A stretch of 63,921 nt of DNA, filler included, from Hyphochytrium catenoides (taxonomy: Eukaryota > Protista > Hyphochytriomycota): assembly GCA_900088475.1 (NCBI GenBank). It is 10 parts of 10 records of this genome, joined end to end, with 100 filler letters (N's around TTAATTAATTAA, not from the genome) between each part and the next. Parts side by side here need not be neighbours in the genome. Positions count along the whole stretch, not along the records: positions 26,307 to 40,642 come from FLMG01002402.1; positions 40,743 to 42,226 come from FLMG01003472.1; positions 42,327 to 51,311 come from FLMG01004516.1; 7 more parts are not named here. One strand, given 5' to 3'. The notes beneath the pieces are model-generated. The model had not been told where the DNA came from. It saw nothing but the letters and a program-made list of their open reading frames with translations, and searched no databases. The position numbers were made by a program, and so were the translations under genes. Shown in pieces: positions 38,987-48,500 of the stretch (positions are counted from its first letter, which is position 1; each line of letters begins with the position of its first letter).

Positions 38987-39659
38987 TGGAGGTAAAGGTC
39001 GTGCCTGGGAGAGACACCCAGAGCTCAAGTGGCAGTGCTTTGGCTAAAGCTGTTAGGAGAAGGAGCAGAAAGACAATCACTAGACATATGCAAAGAGAGA
39101 GACACCCGAGAGAGAAACAGAGAGAAAGACGAGGATTGAGCAAGACAGAGAGAGAGAGATGCAATCAAGAAAGCGGAAGGGCGTGATGACTCTCTGTTCT
39201 ACCTGAATGTTCCTCCTAATACTCTCTCTCCCAGGTCCGCTCTGGTCTGTATAACCTGCACATTCGGCGCGGCAAGCGGGCGAATGGACGCCGCCACTCT
39301 TCCTCCCTCTCTCCAGGACACTTCTGATAACTTGCGATACTGAAGAACTAAGCTCTGAACGTTATCGCTGGCACAGAACGGACAGTCCCACGTTACCTGG
39401 AACAAAAGCCGAAGGGAGAAGGCAGAAGAATGAGCAACAGGGAGAGAGGAGAACAAGAGAAACAAGAAGGAAGAGAAAGAGCTATTGGCCGAGGGAACAT
39501 AGAGAATGCGCTAAAAAGAGCAGCAAAGAGAAAGAGAGAGAAGGAACGCTTTGTGAGGGAGCGCGCGCGAGAAAGAGAAGAAAATCAAAACAAAACAAGG
39601 CATATGTAATAACTTTTAAGGCAATACTAGGTGATCAGGGGAAGAGACTGCGAAAGGGA

Positions 39660-39690
<31 letters not shown>

Positions 39691-39699
39691 TAGAGAGAA

Positions 39700-39738
<39 letters not shown>

Positions 39739-40388
39739 TGAGAGAGAGAGAAAAAGAGAGAGAGAGAGAGAACACGGTACATTGATGGCTGTTGGAGAAT
39801 CTGACTGAAGCCGAGCAACAGGGCGAGAGGGCGAGCGAGGAGCTCCTTTCTCTGTGCTGAAGAAGTCGCTTGGGCCGCTAAAGTCACTTGACCCCACAGA
39901 GTTGACGAGACGGACGCGGAAACTGGACATAGGAAGTCGACGGTTAGGACAAAATAAAGAAGATAGAAAGAGAGAGAGAGAAAGAGACAAGCAATGGTAC
40001 CATAGAAAAGAGAGAAGCATTCCCAGGAGAGAGAGAAAAGACAAGACAAAGGAAAAGTAGCACTGTGCACCAGGTCCAAAACAGAAGCAAAGGCCCAAGC
40101 CATAGACCGAGAGAGAGAGACACAACCAGAGCGAGGGCGAAAAGTTCCACTTCGGAAACAAACAAAGAAAAAAGACAACAAGGAGATTAGGAATGGAGGA
40201 AGAGAGATGGAGGAGGGGGGGGAGGAAGAAGAGGGGAGAGAGAGAGAGAGAGAGAGAGAGAGANNNNNNNNNNNNNNNNAAAAGAGCACTATAAGCTTAC
40301 GAGCAGGATGAGGAATGGGGGAGCTTTCGGATGGTCGTCTTGATCCAAGGCGAGGAGGCGGTGAGGACATCGTCATGCAGAGCAGCCT
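28257..40388 (-). CDS. Large multi-exon protein: fibronectin type III domains, glycine-rich domain, Kelch repeats and proprotein-convertase P-like domain; 5' end lost at contig edge
   Basis: FN3: IRKLP..FRVRLVNSVGSSDFS and LSPLAEYVFRVRAE..SEWS. Gly-rich: VKLWGAGGGG..GGGGSF..VRVGGGG and LAVAGGGGGAG. Kelch: GHSMV..LYMFGG, LNELWRFDP and FIYGG..LGDLYRLD. P-like: IDELEIFVNITHPCSGEL and GPWTLRVLD..GWSI. Exon boundaries not all resolved. Confidence 0.78.
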
Positions 40389-41353
40389 GAGGAGAGAGAA
40401 GAAGAGAAGAAGACACTTAGTAAACGATTAAGGGAGACAGGAGACCACGCATGTTATCTGTAGAAAGGTCAGCGCTAGATAATAGGGACGGAAAGAGAGA
40501 GAGGATTAGCTCTAAAAGAGCATGGCTCTTCGAAGGTAACGAAGAGAACTATAAGAGAGAGCTTGGAAACCAATGATTGATGCTGGACATGGAAGCAGGA
40601 GAGCTTCAGGGAGCAGAGGTGAAAGAGAGAGAGAGAGAGAGANNNNNNNNNNNNNNNNNNNNNNNNNNNNNNNNNNNNNNNNNNNNTTAATTAATTAANN
40701 NNNNNNNNNNNNNNNNNNNNNNNNNNNNNNNNNNNNNNNNNNGTAGTGCTTGCTTGGTTACAAGATTACTTTCCAAAATCGCAAGATCATGCCTGGCACT
40801 GACTCCATCTGTAGGCTGCAAAAGATCTCAGGTCTGACGAAAGGCTAGGGGAGAAGGAGCTGAAGCGGAAGGGGTTCTCATTGGCGGGAGAGCGCTTTGA
40901 AGAACTCAGACCATGTCAGTGGCGCTTCCTTTGAATGCTCATTGTTTTAGGTTTTCTACAACATTCTTCGCGTCCTCTCTCGACTCTTCTCATCTATTTC
41001 CTTTGCCCTGAGAGAGAGAGCCGTAGTGTTCACACCTGTTCTCCCATTGCTGCTGCTACTTGCAGTGCTGGACCGGCTGAACGAGCTGGAGAGAGAGCAG
41101 CTAGAAGCGGAGGAAGAAGCAGCGAAGGCTCGAGGCGCAAGCAAAAGGCCAGGAACGGGTGGACGGAGGTAGCTTTCGGGAAAAGGTCACAAGGAGCTCA
41201 CTGCCTTCCTCAGCAACCGCGCAATAAGTTCCATGCCTTTGCGATCCTATTTATATATGCAACAGCTTTCAGCTGCCTTACTCTAACCATGTGACTAGCA
41301 GTTAAGTTTCATATAGGCCCATAATGTATGGTTGTCCACTCCTCCTTTCCCCC

Positions 41354-42226
41354 TCATGCACCTTCAGTAGCCGTCTTATCTTCAGCATACAGATCACTCC
41401 AACTTCTGCCATTGGCTTCTATCAAATGGAGAAGTCTGACACGTGGAGAGCTAACCTCGTCTCTCTCATAGTTCTCCCATATCTTCTCCTTTGGGTACAG
41501 GTTAACTTGATGGTCTTCTAATTCAGCCAGGCTGGGCATAGACGGGCCAGAGATGGTGCCATCCTCCCCGTCTTGTATGGCTGTGAAAACGCCGGCACGT
41601 TCCCCAGCTTCCAAGTACTGATAGATCGCACTTCTGACGTGGGAGATGAGTATCCGCGGGAGTCCGCCTCGGTCCTGGATGCAGTTATCTATGATGTTGA
41701 TAGCTTCATTCAACACTGCCACCTTCACAGGCAGCGCGTACACGACTTTCATGCCATAGTAGTAATTGGCACTGTGAGGATAGCAGAGTAATGTTTGAGC
41801 ACAAGTAATGATGTCTCCAGCGGTAGACTCCAGGTACGGCTGGAGAGAGCGAAGGGTGCCATTCTCCTTCCCTCCGTCCCATCCTCTTAGGACTATATCC
41901 TGAGGATGTTTTCCCATTGCCGCGATTCTTCCTGCCAGCTGCCGCTGCTGTGCTACCGCCCCGGTCACCGAGAGAACGAACGTAGCAGCCACGGTAATGA
42001 CGACAAATCCACTCCCCGCGGCAATGGGTGTCAGGAACTGATAGATGCCCGATATGGGGACATAGTCCCCAATGCCCAACGTTGTTATTGTGTACCCTGC
42101 AAAATAGATGGTCTCTATCACGCTGGCTGGCTCCTGGGTGCTGCTATTTACAAGGGCGCTCCGGGATGTTGAGAAGATTAGCGCCCAGGAGATCCAAAGC
42201 AGGATGAACCAGAAGTTCATAGTGGT
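41354..42226 (-). CDS. Two-TM potassium channel-family (Ion_trans_2) protein of prokaryotic type, intronless; N-terminus probably lost at contig edge
   Basis: TM helix, pore helix and filter IYFAGYTITTLGIGDYVP, second TM, then a soluble C-domain containing IVLRGWDG and YPHSANYY. Confidence 0.85.
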   Translation of the reverse strand, partial: TTMNFWFILLWISWALIFSTSRSALVNSSTQEPASVIETIYFAGYTITTLGIGDYVPISGIYQFLTPIAAGSGFVVITVAATFVLSVTGAVAQQRQLAGRIAAMGKHPQDIVLRGWDGGKENGTLRSLQPYLESTAGDIITCAQTLLCYPHSANYYYGMKVVYALPVKVAVLNEAINIIDNCIQDRGGLPRILISHVRSAIYQYLEAGERAGVFTAIQDGEDGTISGPSMPSLAELEDHQVNLYPKEKIWENYERDEVSSPRVRLLHLIEANGRSWSDLYAEDKTATEGA

Positions 42227-42326
42227 NNNNNNNNNNNNNNNNNNNNNNNNNNNNNNNNNNNNNNNNNNNNTTAATTAATTAANNNNNNNNNNNNNNNNNN
42301 NNNNNNNNNNNNNNNNNNNNNNNNNN

Positions 42327-43420
42327 ATGGGGTTGCCAGTATCATTTCGAGGCACTGTGGAAGCAATTCAGATGAGGGTTGTCACAATATTGTTGACATT
42401 GCGGCTCTCGTCGAAGTCCTCTTGCAATTTCACCATGCCTCCCTGGCAGTTCCCTTCCTTGGTAGAAAGCGCACGAGGTTGTCGGAAACGGCAAGGACAA
42501 TCTTTTTGTAGGCTTTCTTGTCATCCCTGAGCCATTTTGAGTCCTGTTCCCGTCCTGCGGTTTTCTTGTCCTCCTTTTTAGTGTCCGCTGTAGAGGCTCC
42601 AGAGGGTTCCGGATCCGTAACGTGGTCCAGTAGACCTAGCTCGTCCAGATAGGCTGCCATTTTGACACTCCAGATGGGATAGTCATCTCGTCCATGAAGC
42701 TTGTTGATGGATAGAGTTCCTGAGGTTTGAGAGTCCATTTTCTCTGGAAGTAGAGAGATACGGAGTTTTGATTGCAGGGTCGTGATCTGCGTGAAAAACT
42801 GTGTATTCCGGCGTTTTTGACCAGTATATCTGAAAAATGTCAAAATGGTGTTCCAAATGGTGTCAAATAAGGTATATTTCACACCGCAAACTGGTATAAT
42901 TGACACAGTTTTGGGAATAAAGAGCTTTGGCTGTCAATTCAGAAAAATGTCAAATATAATCAATTGCTGTCAAATATCCTGTCAAATATCGGGATAATTG
43001 ACAGAAAATTGGCGATAATTGACCCAAAGCTGGTAAATTCACTCGTTGAGTGTGAATTCACAACTGGGGATGTAGCGGCAATGGTCTTCGGATTCCGATC
43101 CTGGAGGACAGTTGGATACTCCAGGGGTGGTCTGGGTCTTGATCCTGGAGGAGAGTTGGTTACTCCAGGGGTAGTCTTGTTCTTGGTCTTCGTTTGGTTG
43201 GTCCAGAGAGCTCGCTGAAGTCCTGGAGGAAGCGTGGGCCGATAACCTGTTATAATGTATGGGATTTTAAGAGACTCTTATTTAGGTTATGTGGTCTACT
43301 GATATGCTCGGAGTGAGTATGAAGTGATGAACTTTACAGAGATGGGTGGCAATGCCTGAAGCTTCTGTATGAGCACAATCTAGATGCAATGATAACAAAN
43401 GAACATAGTAGCACTCAACA
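42327..43420 (-). mobile_element. 5' part of Ty1/copia element A: LTR 43420-43248, PBS, leader, gag from 42738 (disrupted)
   Basis: Minus strand reads ..AACA then GGTTATCGGCCCA (copia half-tRNAiMet-type PBS). Gag INKLHGRDDYPIWSVKMAAYL..TAREAW is followed by a stop. The LTR contains an N at 43400. Confidence 0.88.
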
Positions 43421-43678
43421 TGAAGAGCTTATGGGACCCTGTTTCCTAGTTATCACGCAGTCTAGTTGTTCTGGAGAGTAACTGTGTCTCGTATAAACCA
43501 CTAGACCCAGTTACTACTTCTTGACGTCATATGATGACTTACCTGATAATAACCTAGTTATCATAACTCTGAAACACTTTGTTTTGTGCCTTCTTCCTCT
43601 TGTCAGATAGAGCCTGGAACTGTGAGCCTTTCAGAACTGTGAGCCTTTCAGAGCTCTTGTCAGCTTCCGCTCTCAACA
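43421..43678. mobile_element. LTR-like segment ending CTCAACA, with internal 17-bp tandem duplication
   Basis: Starts TG and ends CAACA exactly where the pol frame (VFGC) begins. GAACTGTGAGCCTTTCA is doubled at 43617-43650. Confidence 0.55.
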
Positions 43679-45168
43679 GTGTTTTTGGTTGTCTTGCCTA
43701 CGCACTCGTACCGGACTCGAAGAGGCAGAAAATGGACCCCAAGTCAAAGCGTTACATTTTCGTTGGGTACCCAGACAACTCAAAGGCCTATCGACTTTAT
43801 GACAGAGAGAGTGGTACCATCATTGAGCGTAGGGATGCTTTGTTCGATGAAGGGGAATTTGGTTCGCTACTTCAAAACTCGCCTCAGTTGCGTGACTCCG
43901 TACTCCATCTCTTTGATGTACTTAGCGAGGGAGACAGCTCCCTCCTTAACAATCCGACTCGTAAAGGGGATTCTGATCAACATATGTCCATCCAAGTGCC
44001 TCCCCCCAACGAATACCTCGCCAAACAACTCGATACTGCTGCCCGCCCCTTGCCTGCTCCTGAACCAGCAGACACCGTATGCGATACCAACAATTTAACT
44101 TCGATAGATCCGTGTTCACCTCCCGACGGACCCCAAACGATAGAGGAGGCTCTTTCTGGACCGGATGCGTCGGAGTGGAACGCCGCTATCCTCAGTGAAA
44201 TGGCATTTATGGAACAACACGACGTTTGGGAACTCGTTGAACGTCCTCCAGAAGCAAACCTCATTGGGTGTAAATGGGTGTTTCGCGTAAAATATGGAAG
44301 TGATGGCACCATCGATCGCTATAAGGCACGACTCGTTGCTCAAGGCTACAATCAGAAACAGGGGATCGATCACAACGAGGTCTTCGCTCCAGTGGTTAGC
44401 TATGAGTCCGTCCGATGTATTCTCTCTTTAGCAGCGATGTATGACTTTGAGATTCATCATCTGGATATTCGTACTGCCTTTCTCCATGGAGATCCTGACG
44501 AGACCATATACATGCGCTAACCCCCGGGATTCGCTCAACCAGGACAGGAACATCTGGTTTGTTAGCTAAAGCGCAGCATTTATGGGCTCAAACAAAGTCC
44601 TCGCCAATGGAACAAACTATTAGACAGTTATCTTCGCGATAACGGATTTGAACCCAGCTTATGTGAACCCTGCGTCTACATCAACAGGTCCGGGGAGGAT
44701 GGCAAGCTGACCATCGTGTCGACTTTCGTAGACGACCTGCTGATCTTCGCGCCAAGCAACAATCGTGCGGATCAAGTCAAAGGACTTCTAAAGGACAATT
44801 TGATGTGAAGGACTTAGGAGAACTCCAATACTTCCTAGGAGTAGAAGTTATTAGGGATCGAAAGAATCGGAAGATTTACCTTCGCCAACGAAGATTTATT
44901 CAAGACCTCCTGAAGCGTTACGGCATGGAAGACTGTAACCCAATCAGCACGCCTCTTACTCATGGTGAAAAGCTACCCAAGGCAGACTCTCTCTCTACAC
45001 TGACTTCTGAAGAGGAGGAATATTTACTCAAGATACCGTACAGGAATGCTGTTGGCAGTCTTATCCATCTGATAGTAGCCTCCACACCAGATATAGCCTT
45101 CGCGGTACAATCGGTTAGCCAGCATATGACTAACTACAGACAGACTCACTGGACCGCTGTGAAGCGGA
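43679..45168 (+). pseudogene. Ty1/copia pol fragment (post-integrase SH3 region and reverse transcriptase)
   Basis: VFGCLAY, FVGYP, IGCKWVF, YKARLVAQGY, LDIRTAFLHG, IYGLKQSPRQW, FVDDLL, YRNAVGSL and HWTAVKR. In-frame stops near 44518 and 44563 and a frameshift near 44800. Confidence 0.95.
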
Positions 45169-45534
45169 TGTTAGATTTTATCATTGGATGGTGAGTGATG
45201 ACCTCTACAGAGATGGGTGGCAATGCCTGAAGCTTCTGTATGAGCACAATCTAGATGCAATGATAACAAAGGGACTTGGTATTGATGTGTGTGAAGATTT
45301 CTCTCAATGATCACTCAGTCCTGAGAGCCTGGTCTGGACTCGAGATCTTTTGCTCGGCTCAGCTTCCCTCATCATCTCTCTCTCCTCTGCTGCTCCTGTG
45401 TTCTTCTGGGAATTCTTCTCACATCCCTCTTTCCCATAACACAGGTGTACCCGTAACGTCTATGTCCCTGAGAGCTAGGTGTGTATAGAGATTGACTTCT
45501 GTACTACTGACACCGAACATAGTAGCACTCAACA
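45169..45534 (-). mobile_element. 366-bp LTR related to the LTR of element A
   Basis: TGTT..AACA ends. Shares TACAGAGATGGG..GATAACAAA and GAACATAGTAGCACTCAACA with 43248-43420, and truncates the RT frame. Confidence 0.85.
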
Positions 45535-45573
45535 GTGAGCACTTTGAATTAATATTGGGGGGTATCTGGATAT

Positions 45574-48500
45574 CCCTACTGTAATTTTGGCCACTTATAA
45601 GTAGATAACCCTTTCAGATCACCCCTCGGAAGAGGGTGATTACACACTTATAAGTAGTCAAACTGGCCCTTTGTTAGCCATGTTGGAGAGCTCAGTTGGC
45701 GCGCTTTCAATGGCGGGAAACCCAAATTGAGGGCATGATGTTGCGAAAGGTACCTTAAGCCCTGCTGGCACAAACTTTCAGCGCAATCCGATCTGTGGTT
45801 GCAGAGTTACAGCTGAACTCCCACCAGGTACCCTTACCCTAAGATAAGGCTGTATAGGCTGCCGTGTGTGCTGTCTTCCCATCGGTGTATCATCACGACG
45901 ACCACTTTCACGCTATCATCATCATCATTGTTGTCTGGAACCTCCGTGGTTACCTAGCCCGCGTTATCTCTTCCATCATGTCTTTCCACTTTGATAGTCA
46001 GGCCGAGGGTGACCTCGAAAGGAGTATGAGAGGGGACACTTCCCAAGAGGATGCACAATTTATCAATTCTGTTGAGTACATGTTTGGATCTGCCACAGGA
46101 GAGGAAGGTCCTCAGGTATAGTTAGTTGTTGGACGAGATAGGAAGAAAATGCTCTCCACTTCCTCCCTTCGATTGATCTTCTTCCATTCTTCATCTTCCT
46201 TCTAAATTCCAGGACGACGAGCTCCGCTCACCGTTATCCACCCACTCAGTTCCCCGCGAATCAGGCAGCCAGAGGGAAAGCCAGATGCCTGGAAGTACTG
46301 CTCCATACTCGCCTACCTTGTCCATTCCTGCTTCTTTTCCGCCGTCTCAGGTTGCTAGTCAGCTCTCGTGCAGCCCCTCATTATTGCACTCAGCAGAGAT
46401 TGAAAGCCAGATTCCTGGAAGTGCTTTCCTTACTCATCCGCCCTCTACCACTAGTGATGAGCATGAGAGCCAGAGGATACCTGGATCTATTCCAACGTCT
46501 TCTTTCGCCTCCCAGGGTGAGAGTGAGATCGGTGGCGTTAGAAGTAGCTCTTCCATCCCTTCTCAACCAGACCCTAAGTCACCTCTTGGAGAGGAAAGAG
46601 ACGATTTCCCGCAGCAGGAAGGCTTGGCAGCGCATGCCAGTAGTGTGAGCCGTAGACGGGGAGGACATGGAAGGGGACGCGGCACAACAGCTCGTGGTGG
46701 GAGAGGCAGTAGAGGAGGCAGAGGCAGGGGTGCTGGTGGCAGAGGACGAGGACGGCCCTCCTCTGCTACAGGTCAGAGTCTGGATTATGAGGGTGATGAT
46801 CTTAGTGCTAGTCGCAGACCCACGCCTGCTCAAGCCGCCCGCCAAAAAGCCAAGCGTGATGGAGCTACAGCTGGGTGGGTTACGGACTCTATCCCCCAAT
46901 GGGAGCTGGTGGATGAGGATACGTTCTTGCAGAGACCAATAACAGAGCGCTTCATACAGCATCATATACACGTTCTATCCAAACTAGAAAGAAAGTTTGA
47001 AGTCCGACGAGAGACTGATGATGACGAACGCAATAACGTTAGCACTAGTAGTCATCCTAGCCGGGCAGACTTTGTTATCCTCTTGTTGGAGCCAGCGCTT
47101 CATAAGCTAACACGTATGTGCAATGACGCTATGCCAGCGGAGGTAATGCGCACGAACCCGGTGGAGTTCATGCGCTTTCTTGGGACGCTTGTCGGGATCA
47201 GCACCATGAAGGTCTCTCCAAGCATGGCCCACCAACTTCTTACAGCTTTAAAGTGGCCCGTTCTTCCAGAGCATAGGTACAAGGAGATACTTCGATACGT
47301 GCGTGCCTATTCTTCTGTTGATCGGGATGGCTCATGGGATGGCGGGTGGCTTGCCCAAGGCGACCTCACTCCGAACCTGAGCGCCTTTGAGGCACTAATT
47401 TTGGAAGAGTCACGACGACTTCTTCTTAACATTCAGAATAGCTGTCTCGTACTGGACGATGAGCTGGTAGCATCTAGGTCTCAAGATGTTCAGGTACATC
47501 GTCACCTGCTGTGCCCTTTACATAGGACCTTTCCAGCGTTGATCCTCTTCCTCACCCACCAGGTGAAAAGTCTTAATGCCAGGAAGGCTGGCAAGGAGGG
47601 ACACAGCATGGATGTGGTCGCTGACAGCTTCACCAGGATTGTGTTTGCCACCCGGCTAAAGCGACGGGGAGCAGAACAAGATGAGTCAGTCAAGAAGCTG
47701 CTTGAGACTTTGAAGGAAGAGCAACAAGGCAGCTGGAGAGGAGGCATGGTCACGATGGACCGTGGATATTGTAAGCCACAATTGGTTGAAGCTGTTCTCC
47801 GAATGTGAGTAAACTTTTCTTATGATGTTTTAAGGTAGGGCCTAATCTCTAACTGCAGGGGGCTGGGATGTGCTTTCATCGTCCCTGATCACCTGGCAAA
47901 TCATCACCCTTTCTGTACCTCCAACCAGTTCGCACCGCTTGCAAGAACTCACTCATCAGATGCTGATGATATCAGCCAGAACTTAGAGCCACAAGCACCA
48001 GACGAAAGGTCCTCGAAGTGGATCATACCAGATGCGCCTCTTCTAGGTCCTATGGTCTATAGTGCTTCGAAAACTGTCGCTGTTTCTGGCGAATCTAGAG
48101 TGTCCGCGCAAAAGGTTCACGCCATCGCAGTACGGGAAAGGGGCGATAAGAAGTCCACGAAGGTGCTGAGATTCTATATATCCTGGCCCACTATCCCTCC
48201 TTTCCTTCACAAGTGGATGGCAGTATACATCAAAGGTGAGTGAATTAGGCTGCAGCTCTTCCAAGAACATAAGGTTGACAGGTTGTGCTGCAGGGTCAAA
48301 CGGCAACGCCAAGGATACCTTGTTCTACCCCTCAGACGATAGATCAAATGAACGTATCCGGATTGAGGACCTTTTGGTTGGCAAAGTAACCCCACTTACA
48401 GCTGGACAGCGATGTGCGGATTGGTTTATAGCCCGTGCCCACAGGTGTACTGGGACCATGGCCCGTTTTGTCGCAAAGTATGATGTTGGGGCTCGTTTCC

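Noticed and set aside
43248-45534. The two related LTRs as the paired ends of one intact element
   Set aside because: The enclosed pol is in the opposite orientation, no PBS or PPT lies inside, and the LTR ends differ.
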